This document shows positions 8,221 through 17,893 of a stretch of DNA of 63,014 bases, piece after piece. The stretch's first letter is position 1. Each line of letters opens with the position of its first letter. The translations under genes and the position numbers were made by a program. The stretch is from Bacilli bacterium (GTDB lineage: Bacteria; Bacillota_I; Bacilli_A; RFN20; CAG-826): assembly GCA_017447725.1 (NCBI GenBank), contig JAFSMX010000018.1, positions 1 to 63,014 on the forward strand, read 5' to 3'. The notes under the pieces were generated by a model that saw nothing but the letters and a program-made list of their open reading frames with translations, did no database searches and was not told where the DNA came from.

Positions 8221-8258
8221 TTTACTACATTTTACTACATTTTACTACATCTACATTT
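8221..8258. repeat. 10-bp tandem repeat (tttactacat x3 plus a partial copy) between promoter region and SD of the ATPase gene
   Basis: Exact copies at 8221-8230, 8231-8240 and 8241-8250, then ctacattt. Confidence 0.9.
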
Positions 8259-8304
8259 ATCACAAAAAAATCCGACCAAATATACGTCTAAAGAAAACGT
8301 TGTA

Positions 8305-9033
8305 TTAATATTTCAAGAGTTCTTTTATTAGAGGATATTCTCCATCATTTAAATCTACTTCCGAACTTCCCTGACAGTGATATCCCAAAAGTATCTTTAA
8401 AGTAACTGGAGCGTCTTTATTACATTCTTTTATTTTCTTAAAAAGAGCTTTATTTTGTTCCATCCGATTTGGAATATCATTCGTATATGTAAAAAGAATT
8501 AACCGAGAATTGCTGGTATTTTTATTTACATAGTACATTGGACATGTTTCATCAATCAGTACCAAATCGGATGGTAGATTTCGTTCATATTTAAGGATAT
8601 TAAAGTGAACTGTTGGTTGAGCGGAATCAGAGATAAATAGACTAATCTCATTTGGATCAATTCCGATATCTTTTAAGTAGTGATAATCAAAGCATAACAT
8701 TAAGGTGAGGTATGCTCCAGCAGATTGACCAGAGATAAGAAGTTCTTTGATATTAGCAAGTTTACTAACATAGTCTTTAGAGAACTTCACCGCATCCGCT
8801 GCATCAATAATAAAGGAAGGGTATTTATTATTTGGAAGTAAAGAGTAGTTTGCTGTTGCAACACCATAACCCTTATTCACGAGGTGCTTTACAAATTCAT
8901 ATGTATCACCTTTATCTCCTTCCACTAATCCTCCGCCATGGAAATGAACAATCAATGAAAAACATTCCTCATCTGGAAGGAAGAGATCTAGATATAGATT
9001 CTTTTTGTATTCAAGATTCGGAATGTATTTCAT
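8305..9033 (-). CDS. Alpha/beta-hydrolase fold-3 esterase (HGGG type), cytoplasmic
   Basis: VHFHGGGLVEG oxyanion motif and GQSAGAY nucleophile elbow. No signal peptide. Confidence 0.7.
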   Translation of the reverse strand: MKYIPNLEYKKNLYLDLFLPDEECFSLIVHFHGGGLVEGDKGDTYEFVKHLVNKGYGVATANYSLLPNNKYPSFIIDAADAVKFSKDYVSKLANIKELLISGQSAGAYLTLMLCFDYHYLKDIGIDPNEISLFISDSAQPTVHFNILKYERNLPSDLVLIDETCPMYYVNKNTSNSRLILFTYTNDIPNRMEQNKALFKKIKECNKDAPVTLKILLGYHCQGSSEVDLNDGEYPLIKELLKY

Positions 9034-9051
9034 TGATTTAAATAGAAATAA

Positions 9052-10935
9052 TTATTGTTTCTTTACTAAAGTAAATGCGTCTTCAGGAACATACAAGGAG
9101 AACTTCGGCATCTTATAGACAGAGAAATTATTGTCTAAGACAAATGAGGCATAGTTCTCACTTCCACTAACAGCGACATACGCTAAGATCTTCTTTCCAA
9201 GAACATCTTCGTCATATGCCGCCACTTTAATGACGTTATGAGGATTAGACATCTCTGGATTCTTTAAGCCAGATTTCAGAAGCTTCTTATTAAAGAGAGG
9301 TTTTAATTGATCTTGCTTAAAGATGAGGTCATATTCACCCTCTTCCACTTCTTGCTTATCTTCGTAAGTAAGAGTGGTTCCTGCGACACTAATCATCATT
9401 TGGCCGTTCTTCTTACTTACTCTTGCATCAAACTTATTTGGATAAACAATTTCTCGAGAGTTTAGTCGATTGTTTTCTTCATCACGGATAACGAGCTTAG
9501 CGTATGGAAGATAGATTTCGGCTTCATCACCAAGTTTTGGATGAGTATTCTTCTTAACTTTTAAGGCGTAATATCCATCAATTCCAGATAAGGAGAAGTA
9601 GAGCGCGTCATAATCGGTTTTCTCTTCAATAAACTCGAGTTTTGCGGTGATTTTTAAAGAATTTGGAGTTTTATCTAGCGAGATATATTCCGGTTTAATC
9701 GCGAGATAATTCTTTCCAATGTAGGCTTGATCAAGAAGATGTTTTTGATATTCTTCATCAATCTTGATCTTTTGCTTACCAATAACAAAGACATCATCTT
9801 TAATTTGCACTGGAATCATATCTTCATGTGGGATACCCATAATTGATTTCTGGGTTTCTTTATCAAACATGTAGATATGGTTCATGTCTAATTTAATATT
9901 GATTTCTTCGTTGGCGTGAATACTTGAATCAAATGGAATCTTAACGATGAATTGTTCCCCTCGACCTTCCATCTTGGTATATAGGATGGTTTCATCTCCG
10001 AGGTGTTCCACCACTTCGACATAGACTTTGAGGTCTCCTTCATTTGGTTTGACGTGTTCTGGACGAATACCTAAGAGGACATGGCCTCCGATATATTTCT
10101 TATCAGCAAGTTGTTTCGCTTTAATTTCTGGGAAGGTGACGATTTGTTGATCACTATTGTTGAGCTTCGCTTTTAAGACTCCCTTTTCTAGGAAAAGCTC
10201 AGCTTTAACAATATTCATTTGTGGCGAACCAAGGAAGGTCGCCACAAATAAGTTACATGGGTCTTCAAATAAGGTAATTGGAGTATCAACTTGTTGGATG
10301 AATCCATCTTTCATAACAACAATACGATTACCCATGGTCATGGCTTCAGTTTGGTCGTGGGTAACATAGATGAATGTTGTTTGAAGTTTATGATGTAACT
10401 TCGTGATTTCACTTCTCATCGCGACACGAAGTTTAGCGTCTAAGTTTGAAAGAGGTTCATCAAGAAGGAAGACTTTTGGATTACGAACAATGGTTCTTCC
10501 TAAAGCAACACGTTGTCTTTGCCCACCAGAAAGAGCTTTTGGTTTACGAGACAGAAGTTCACTGATTTCTAGGATTTCGGCTGCTTTTTTAACTCGCTCA
10601 TCAATCTCTTCTTTTGGGGTGTGTCTGAGCTTTAGACCAAAGGCCATATTTTGATAGACAGTCATATGTGGATATAAGGCGTATGATTGGAAAACCATTG
10701 CAATATCCCTGTTTTTTGGTTCAACATCATTCATCAGTTCTCCATCAATATAGAGTTGACCAGCGGTAATTTCTTCTAATCCGGCGATCATTCTTAATGT
10801 GGTTGATTTACCACATCCTGATGGTCCGACGAAAACGACGAACTCTTTGTCTTTGATGTCGAGTTCGAAGTCGTTAACGGCTCTTACTCCTCCATCATAG
10901 ACTTTGTAAACATGTTTAAGACTAACATCTGCCAT
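9052..10935 (-). CDS. MsmK/MalK-type sugar ABC transporter ATPase with a ~255-aa C-terminal extension
   Basis: GPSGCGKST, LSGGQRQR, LLDEPLSNLD and the MalK-like regulatory region up to ~aa 370. A further ~255 aa of beta-rich sequence follow (nt 9052-9825). Confidence 0.85.
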   Translation of the reverse strand: MADVSLKHVYKVYDGGVRAVNDFELDIKDKEFVVFVGPSGCGKSTTLRMIAGLEEITAGQLYIDGELMNDVEPKNRDIAMVFQSYALYPHMTVYQNMAFGLKLRHTPKEEIDERVKKAAEILEISELLSRKPKALSGGQRQRVALGRTIVRNPKVFLLDEPLSNLDAKLRVAMRSEITKLHHKLQTTFIYVTHDQTEAMTMGNRIVVMKDGFIQQVDTPITLFEDPCNLFVATFLGSPQMNIVKAELFLEKGVLKAKLNNSDQQIVTFPEIKAKQLADKKYIGGHVLLGIRPEHVKPNEGDLKVYVEVVEHLGDETILYTKMEGRGEQFIVKIPFDSSIHANEEINIKLDMNHIYMFDKETQKSIMGIPHEDMIPVQIKDDVFVIGKQKIKIDEEYQKHLLDQAYIGKNYLAIKPEYISLDKTPNSLKITAKLEFIEEKTDYDALYFSLSGIDGYYALKVKKNTHPKLGDEAEIYLPYAKLVIRDEENNRLNSREIVYPNKFDARVSKKNGQMMISVAGTTLTYEDKQEVEEGEYDLIFKQDQLKPLFNKKLLKSGLKNPEMSNPHNVIKVAAYDEDVLGKKILAYVAVSGSENYASFVLDNNFSVYKMPKFSLYVPEDAFTLVKKQ

Positions 10936-10940
10936 AACTT

Positions 10941-11843
10941 TTAGTCCTCCTTTGTTTCTATTTCCTCTTTTTTAGGATCTACTTTATATAAACCCTTACC
11001 CACATATTCTGGGTAATGTTCTTGATTAATATATTTATCAAAGGCGTGGTGAGCTAATAATGTATAGATAATCACCACCACACTATTAAGTATTGCGAAT
11101 AAGAATAGTCCGATAGTTAAGGTAATAAAGTTAAAACAACATAACGTGATCACCACGCCTGTTGATAATAAGAAGGTCAATAGAATCCTCCAGTTTAGTA
11201 AGCCTAAGAAAGAGAAGGAGTTCTTTAAGGTGACACGGTAGGAATTAGAGTAGTAGACACATTGGGCAAAGTTTAATGGAATGACCATGCCAAATGTGAG
11301 CACTAATAAAATTAGTGCGCCAATTCCAATACCTTTTAAGATCTCACTGAGGTTTGGTGTAACAAGAAGGAATGTTCCTCCCACCACTAAACCAAAGAGA
11401 ACTACTCCAAAGATTAATCCGTTAATAAACCCTTGGAGTAAGTTCTCTTTAATACCTTTAAAGAAGTCGTTTCCTAAGGAAACATCTTCCTGCCAAACAA
11501 GACGTTTAGCGGTATAGAAGGCTCCGCTTAAACCGATAAAGCCAATAATCATACATGGGATCATGATGAGCATACTAGTTAATACTAAAGAGAAGAGATA
11601 TTCATATTTCTCTGAGGCAATAGCGGCAACTTCAATAAAGTTAAAATAGAAGAGATCCACAGCTAAAGGAATAAAGAACATAAAAGTAAAACAAGATAAA
11701 GCGAAAAGAGTCATCTTTCGGTGTTTAATTAAATCCCAAAAGACTTCTTTACGGTTATGAGGAAGCTTTCTTAATGCTTCTTCATCTTTGACTTCTTTTT
11801 GTGCTTTTCTTCTAAACAGCATGTTTTCCCCATTCTTGAACAA
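10941..11843 (-). CDS. YesL-like (DUF624) polytopic membrane protein
   Basis: About six hydrophobic helices and a position next to sugar ABC genes, as for B. subtilis yesL. The start may be the internal Met (MLFRRK). Confidence 0.55.
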   Translation of the reverse strand: MFKNGENMLFRRKAQKEVKDEEALRKLPHNRKEVFWDLIKHRKMTLFALSCFTFMFFIPLAVDLFYFNFIEVAAIASEKYEYLFSLVLTSMLIMIPCMIIGFIGLSGAFYTAKRLVWQEDVSLGNDFFKGIKENLLQGFINGLIFGVVLFGLVVGGTFLLVTPNLSEILKGIGIGALILLVLTFGMVIPLNFAQCVYYSNSYRVTLKNSFSFLGLLNWRILLTFLLSTGVVITLCCFNFITLTIGLFLFAILNSVVVIIYTLLAHHAFDKYINQEHYPEYVGKGLYKVDPKKEEIETKED

Positions 11844-12423
11844 TTCGTAAGGCGGTGTCGTGTTCTTTATTAGCGTCTTTTAATGTGTATTCACCTAAAT
11901 TAGCGCTATTTCCATTAAGGAAGAGGTAACAGGTCTCACTAGGCAAATAGACGTATTCCTGGGCTTTTTCTTTATCTAAGACAATTCCATAGTTAACTTC
12001 GCTTTGAGCGTATGTTTCATATCCTTCAAAATAGGTATGATACATTGTATCAGAGATATTGATGGCGAAGTAACTTGCAGCGAGAGTTTTCATCACTGAA
12101 TCTGGGATGATGAGGATATCCGCGGTTGAATATCCTGGAACAGTTAGTTTAGCGACGTATTCGTTATTCTCTGGGTTAGAGATAATTGAAGAGAATGATT
12201 TTAAGTCTCGATCTTGATATTTCTCTAACATATCCTTTTCAAGTTGAACGGCGTTTTTGTTTACTCCGGAGATGAACATTGTGATTTGCTTATATAGCGG
12301 CATCCGATGGGTGATCCCAAAGATGAAATGTAAACCAAATCCAAGGACAAGAGCAGTAACAAGATATAAAGGCCAGGTGTATTTAAGAACAGTTTTGACC
12401 CTCCTTTTTTGTAGTGCGTTCAT
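11812..12423 (-). CDS. Hypothetical protein with an N-terminal TM anchor
   Basis: 203 aa with a single N-terminal helix (WPLYLVTALVLGFGLHFIFGI). Overlaps both neighbouring genes, suggesting translational coupling. Confidence 0.5.
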   Translation of the reverse strand: MNALQKRRVKTVLKYTWPLYLVTALVLGFGLHFIFGITHRMPLYKQITMFISGVNKNAVQLEKDMLEKYQDRDLKSFSSIISNPENNEYVAKLTVPGYSTADILIIPDSVMKTLAASYFAINISDTMYHTYFEGYETYAQSEVNYGIVLDKEKAQEYVYLPSETCYLFLNGNSANLGEYTLKDANKEHDTALRIVQEWGKHAV

Positions 12424-12911
12424 TTATGAGACTCCGCGCAAATAAGAATTCGTTGATAAGTCTTAATCGTTAACTTATCACCTCTTTTAAAGTGGAGGTC
12501 ATCACTAAATGAATAAATTGTTTTTTCTTCTGGTTCTTCGAGGTTTGAAAGATATTTCACTTTTAATGGATAAACATATAATCCATTGATCAGTTCAAGA
12601 TCTTTACCTAACTTTTCATAGATCACTTCATCTTCACTTTGCTGTCCTCTAGCGTAACCTTGGAAGTAACGGTAACGCGAGTTGATATCTTTATAGATAT
12701 TCGTGAAGAAGTAGATCGCAAACCAGCTAAATAAGACTGATATGATAATTGAGATAATTAAGTAAGGTGTGTAGTTTTCTTGGCTTAACACAATAAGTAA
12801 GACATCGCTGATGAGCACGAGCGTGAGTAGACTTGAGAAAAGAAGGGAGACTTTTAAGTATCTCGATTTACTTAAGCTATATTCACGATGCACATCAACT
12901 TCATAACTCAT
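12420..12911 (-). CDS. Hypothetical two-TM membrane protein
   Basis: 163 aa with two hydrophobic helices and then a soluble domain. Has a 4-nt overlap with the downstream gene. Confidence 0.5.
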   Translation of the reverse strand: MSYEVDVHREYSLSKSRYLKVSLLFSSLLTLVLISDVLLIVLSQENYTPYLIISIIISVLFSWFAIYFFTNIYKDINSRYRYFQGYARGQQSEDEVIYEKLGKDLELINGLYVYPLKVKYLSNLEEPEEKTIYSFSDDLHFKRGDKLTIKTYQRILICAESHK

Positions 12912-12913
12912 AA

Positions 12914-14230
12914 TTAATTATTGCTTGGTCTAAGTTTTTCTAAACCTCTCATCACACTTGCTTTAACATGTTGAGCCCAGATAAGATAACCATAATAGGT
13001 TAAGTGAATGCCATCAGTACGATAGTAAGCGGCATTTGGTTGGCCGGTTGGTTTCATATAATCTGGTCCTGGATTAATTAAATCTAACCAACTATGGGTG
13101 GATTGATAATTAATGACCCAATTATTAATTGTATCAACATCGTTCCAGCGAGCTTTCACTGATTCTAATGGGACTTTATTAATTAAAACATATTGAACAC
13201 GTGCGTCTGGCAGAGCAGCATGTGTCTCATTAAATAGATCTTGAAGGTCATTAATGATGCTATTTGTGGATTCACCTTCTTTAACATTGTTCACTCCAAC
13301 ATAGTAGACCACCATTTTTGGTTTATATGGATAAACTAAGCGTTTATTGAGGTTATTCGTCCATTCAGAGACTTTTGTTCCACCAATACCGTGGTTATAA
13401 GCAATCACTGGATCAAGATCTTCTTTATATGACTCCCAGAATTCCATCGAAGATGAACCAGCAAGCATCACGTGGTAGTTTTCATTTTCTTTCGCATAGT
13501 TTCCTTCAAACTTCTTCGCTTTCGATTCATAAGTATCATTACTTAATGCTTGGTAGTTTGTAGTATCGTTAATGACCGTTATCACTAAATCGCTTGCACC
13601 ATCGGCTTTGATCGTGATTGATCCATTTGGTGAACCTTCACTATAGGTGGCACTAAAGGAAGCACTAACTTTCGCCCGATAATCAAGAAGTGGACGAATG
13701 TCATCTTTATGTTCAATTAAACGAGTAATGGCGACATTAGAAACTCTTAGAATTGTTCCATTAGGGACAAATCCCATCACAGAATTTAGAACATATGGAT
13801 TTGATGCAGATTCATCTAAAACTGTAGAAGGTGGAACATATTCTGGTTCAGGAATAATTTCTTCTTCTCCACGAGACCACTTCGCGTAAATAAAGGTATT
13901 TTTGCTAACAATATCACCAGCAAAACTCCATTCATTTTCACAAGTAGCCTCTTTATACCATCCACCAAATTCATAGTTTTTTCGACTCGGATCAGTGCTT
14001 GGTCTAGCTACTGTAGAGTTAGCTTGAACTTCAACGATTTGGTATGGAAGATTGTTACCTTTTCCACCAAATCCACTAGATAATTCGAATTCTTCTCTTT
14101 CATAGTTATCCATGAAATAGACATAGTATTTATCAGAATCCGCCGAAACACTTTGAGCAATGAAAGGAAGAGCACCAAGACAAAGGGCGGAAACAAATCC
14201 AAGTGGAATTAGTTTAAGTTTCTTATTCAT
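12914..14230 (-). CDS. Secreted SGNH/GDSL-type esterase with an N-terminal Listeria-Bacteroides (InlB B-type) repeat
   Basis: Signal peptide, then YEFGGWYKEATCENEWSFAGDIVSKNTFIYAKW. SGNH blocks are present: LAGSSSME, GIGGT, GVNNV, DGIHLT. Confidence 0.7.
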   Translation of the reverse strand: MNKKLKLIPLGFVSALCLGALPFIAQSVSADSDKYYVYFMDNYEREEFELSSGFGGKGNNLPYQIVEVQANSTVARPSTDPSRKNYEFGGWYKEATCENEWSFAGDIVSKNTFIYAKWSRGEEEIIPEPEYVPPSTVLDESASNPYVLNSVMGFVPNGTILRVSNVAITRLIEHKDDIRPLLDYRAKVSASFSATYSEGSPNGSITIKADGASDLVITVINDTTNYQALSNDTYESKAKKFEGNYAKENENYHVMLAGSSSMEFWESYKEDLDPVIAYNHGIGGTKVSEWTNNLNKRLVYPYKPKMVVYYVGVNNVKEGESTNSIINDLQDLFNETHAALPDARVQYVLINKVPLESVKARWNDVDTINNWVINYQSTHSWLDLINPGPDYMKPTGQPNAAYYRTDGIHLTYYGYLIWAQHVKASVMRGLEKLRPSNN

Positions 14231-14231
14231 C

Positions 14232-15236
14232 TTATTTCTCTCCTTTCAAGAACTCTAAGAGTTCATTTTCATTTACTGTGGCTAAGCAGATGACTTTGTC
14301 ACCTGCTCCATAGTAAATGTATAAGTCTTCACCTTTACGGATAATACCAGTTGGGAAAACACAGCCATTGTAATAACCATTGGTTTCGTATTCTTCTTCA
14401 GGTTCCATTAAGAAGTCTTTTGTTCGATATAGAATCTTTGTTGGATCATCTTTATCTAAAAGTACTGCACCAACACGATAGGCGTCATCTTTTGAAGAGA
14501 CTCCATGATAAAGGAGCAACCATCCATCTTTAGTTAAGATTGGAGGTGTAGATGCACCAATCTTTTTACTTTCCCAATCTTCTTTTCCCTCCATTAGTAA
14601 GGAGTAGTTATCCCAGTGGAGTAAATCATCACTACTCGAAATCCAAATAGCTGGGTTTTGATTAGGATATTGATCTCCACATCTTTCCATAGCACGGGAT
14701 AACATAAAGTATTTTCCTTGGACTTTTGCTGGGAAAATCACCACATCACGGTCATCATAGTGAGGATCAGTGATTGGTCCAAGTTTCTTCCAGTTTTTTA
14801 AGTCTTTGGAGATCGCTAAATGAGTTAAAGTGTTGTTCCAAACAAGAACTTTTGGACCATGTTCAGGTTTAAACCCAAAGTATTCTTTATCTTCTCTCCA
14901 GTATTGTCCTGGTGGGAATGGGCGAGATGCATATGTTAGATAAAAGTAATCACCAAGTTTAATGAGTCTTGGGTCTTCACATCCTCCAGCATCTATTCCG
15001 TTTGGATCACCACTAATTAATGGTTTGTCTGACTGACGAATAAAGTTAATTCCATCATCAGAAATCGCTAAACCGATATGAATGAGATGTGTTTTGTCAT
15101 TTCCTGCCGCTCGATAAAGCATATAGACCTTGCCATCTTTCTCTATCGCAGCTGGATTTAAAACACATAATTCTTCCCACTGGTTAGAAGGATTTGGTTT
15201 TAAGATTGGATTCTTTTCGTATTTTTTAAATTTCAT
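14232..15236 (-). CDS. GH130 glycoside phosphorylase (beta-1,4-mannooligosaccharide phosphorylase-like, GH130_2-type)
   Basis: YEKNPILKP...VLNPAAIEKDGKVYMLYRAAG...IGLAISDDGINF...EDPRL pattern, 334 aa, no signal peptide. Confidence 0.75.
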   Translation of the reverse strand: MKFKKYEKNPILKPNPSNQWEELCVLNPAAIEKDGKVYMLYRAAGNDKTHLIHIGLAISDDGINFIRQSDKPLISGDPNGIDAGGCEDPRLIKLGDYFYLTYASRPFPPGQYWREDKEYFGFKPEHGPKVLVWNNTLTHLAISKDLKNWKKLGPITDPHYDDRDVVIFPAKVQGKYFMLSRAMERCGDQYPNQNPAIWISSSDDLLHWDNYSLLMEGKEDWESKKIGASTPPILTKDGWLLLYHGVSSKDDAYRVGAVLLDKDDPTKILYRTKDFLMEPEEEYETNGYYNGCVFPTGIIRKGEDLYIYYGAGDKVICLATVNENELLEFLKGEK

Positions 15237-15251
15237 CTTGATGCCCTCCTT

Positions 15252-17891
15252 CTAAACAATCGCGCTAATTACATTTCTAGAATACTGATATGTATTCCAG
15301 AGACAGATATTATCAATGTAGACTTCGCTTGCCTCAGCCATACTACCGCTTTGAGTTAATCCAAAGGATATTGTTTCAATATTTACGGCAGTTGTTTGAC
15401 GAATCGCTTTTCCCGGATAACTTGTATCAGTGAATTGGTTGAAACCAAATTCATAATGATACCAACCATCGGAATTAGAATATTCACTTGGTGAAATGAC
15501 TCTTCTCATCTTCATGAGTGTTCCACCATCTCTCCAGTTCAAATTGATATAAATCGTTGCTTTTCCATCCGATTTAATATCAATCGATAATCCTTTTGCG
15601 AGGACACTATTATGGAATGGAGTGACACGTCCATAAGAGATGGATGTGCTTCCTTGATAAGCCATACAAAGTGATTTACTTCCACCACCAGCGTGGACTT
15701 CATCTGATGGAGTCATGGAATTAGCTGGGTGGGTTGTATTGTATGTCCAGTAATCAAAGACTGATTCTGGGGTTGTAAGTGATTCAAAGTCATCAATTAA
15801 AACACGATCTGGATTAAGTGGATCAGGTTTAATTGTTTCATCAACTTCAACGATACTAGTTTCACTAGCCTCAGTTAGATAAATATCATCTAAGTAGACT
15901 GGGTTAGCAATCGCATAAGTTGGATATGGTGTTTTTCCATCTGATAGATAATAGAAATATTGGAAACCAAATCCGATATGAACAATATGATTCGAAGTTA
16001 ATGGCTGAGCTTCACCAATATGCTGACTACCTGGATCTAAGACAAAGTCAGAGAAACAAATAGTGTAAACATGCCATTCTTTCTTTAAACATTCGATGTG
16101 ATAACGATACCACTCGCCTGTATCAAGCGTTAATTGAATGGTTAAGTCAGCGGCAACTTTCTCCGGATCGAGATAAGCAACTGCGGCGTTACTTGCTTTA
16201 ACTGAAGCATCCTTAAAGGATACTTTGAAGGCGTTTTTATTAGGGCAATCATCGGTGTCTAGATAGAGCTGATATGTTGCCATTTGCATATCAGCTTTGT
16301 AGTCAAATTCACCACAATATGTATTCTTATTACCACCAGTCTTATGAATGGTGTCGAGTTTCATTGCTTCGTCAACGTTTTCTGAGCTTTGCTCCCAGTA
16401 GTAATACATCTGGGTGTAGATATCATAGTTATTGAAGTTTTCAATTAATCCATCAGAAGTAACTTTTCGAACATTATCTTCTTGAATATCTTTCTTAATC
16501 GTGACCATTTCGAGGTCTTTAATTGATAATGTTCCTCCTTGATAGTTATTGGCTAAACCAATATTAAAGCGAAGAATAAAGAAGAATTGTTTTGCTCCAT
16601 CTCCATTCATCGATCCACTATCAGGACGACGTAAGGCTTTCAGAGGAATAACTAATTCGTTATATTCATCCTTCGTAAAGGAAGTGATTTCTGTTTTAAA
16701 CTGCCACCTGTCAACGTCTTGTTCAGTGACACGGAAATAGAAGGTTGAACCAGCTGATGCACCAGTATATTTAACTTTCATTCTAATTGCGTCACCAGTA
16801 GCAAGAATCTTATTGACAGGAATGTTTTGGAAACCATATCCTGGGAAGTTTCCATAATCTCCTCCGAAGGAGAGAGTTAATTCACTTCCATCTTCAGAGA
16901 TTGTTCTTCCAAATTTATAGTTTTCATTTGTCCATAAATCGTCGTCATATCCACGGAAATCCATTTTATCCATGAACATCCAGCTATAGTCAGCATAACT
17001 AACAGCGCGGATATTCGAGACTAAACAAACTCCATCACCAAAGGTGCGTTCAAAAACGATTTCAAAATAATGGATTCTTTGCCAGTCAAATTGACGGTTA
17101 AAGATATTTGTTCCTGTCGTACGCAAAGAGAAGTCTTCATACTTCATAACAACAGTCTGTTTCGAGTTACGTGATACTTTGACTTCGTTATGCCAATATT
17201 CACCATCATCATCAAGAACACGCATCAAGATTGTGGCATCGTGTCCAGAATAATAGAAGTCAAATAAGAAGGAATCTGTACCATAAAGTTCACGGTCTTC
17301 ACTTTTAGTGATAACCATCCATCCATCTGAAGTTGGAATATCTTGTTTGGTATGTTCCATATCAAACGAGATGACTAATGATGGTTCATTGTTACCAAAG
17401 AAGTTATTTCGATCAATGGAGAGCTGAGCTTGTGAACCTTCTTTATGTACTGTCCAATCATCAACTTCATCGATGATAATTGGAATTTCTGGAGATTTAA
17501 CTGATTCATAAAAGAAGCGACGTGTATTCGACATCTTGAAGTGGTCTTTATTAACCGCGGTGACTCTCCAGTAGTAGATAATATCTTTTCTTGGAAGAGA
17601 GAAAGATAAGTCATAACGTGGCTCTGAGATGTTATCTTCTTTAACATAGATTTGATCTGGGTCGTTATAGAAGTCTTCTCGAGCACTGATTTCAATGGAA
17701 TATGAGGAAGCATTTGTTGCTTCTTCCCAAGTGAATGTAAAACCACCGTGAGTACGGGTGTCGTTATCTGGTCCAGTTAATTTAAATGCACCAATTTCAC
17801 CGCTTTTTTCCGCATATTTTGATGCTGTTGGTTTAGAACAAGACACTAATAGAAGTGGAATAAGCAAGAGAGCTAAATGTTTCTTTTTCAT
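15252..17891 (-). CDS. Large lipoprotein with FN3-like and carbohydrate-binding-like beta-sandwich modules, function unknown
   Basis: Lipobox LLVSC, 879 aa, aromatic-rich beta-sandwich-like sequence and no catalytic motif I recognise. Confidence 0.55.
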   Translation of the reverse strand: MKKKHLALLLIPLLLVSCSKPTASKYAEKSGEIGAFKLTGPDNDTRTHGGFTFTWEEATNASSYSIEISAREDFYNDPDQIYVKEDNISEPRYDLSFSLPRKDIIYYWRVTAVNKDHFKMSNTRRFFYESVKSPEIPIIIDEVDDWTVHKEGSQAQLSIDRNNFFGNNEPSLVISFDMEHTKQDIPTSDGWMVITKSEDRELYGTDSFLFDFYYSGHDATILMRVLDDDGEYWHNEVKVSRNSKQTVVMKYEDFSLRTTGTNIFNRQFDWQRIHYFEIVFERTFGDGVCLVSNIRAVSYADYSWMFMDKMDFRGYDDDLWTNENYKFGRTISEDGSELTLSFGGDYGNFPGYGFQNIPVNKILATGDAIRMKVKYTGASAGSTFYFRVTEQDVDRWQFKTEITSFTKDEYNELVIPLKALRRPDSGSMNGDGAKQFFFILRFNIGLANNYQGGTLSIKDLEMVTIKKDIQEDNVRKVTSDGLIENFNNYDIYTQMYYYWEQSSENVDEAMKLDTIHKTGGNKNTYCGEFDYKADMQMATYQLYLDTDDCPNKNAFKVSFKDASVKASNAAVAYLDPEKVAADLTIQLTLDTGEWYRYHIECLKKEWHVYTICFSDFVLDPGSQHIGEAQPLTSNHIVHIGFGFQYFYYLSDGKTPYPTYAIANPVYLDDIYLTEASETSIVEVDETIKPDPLNPDRVLIDDFESLTTPESVFDYWTYNTTHPANSMTPSDEVHAGGGSKSLCMAYQGSTSISYGRVTPFHNSVLAKGLSIDIKSDGKATIYINLNWRDGGTLMKMRRVISPSEYSNSDGWYHYEFGFNQFTDTSYPGKAIRQTTAVNIETISFGLTQSGSMAEASEVYIDNICLWNTYQYSRNVISAIV

Positions 17892-17893
17892 CC

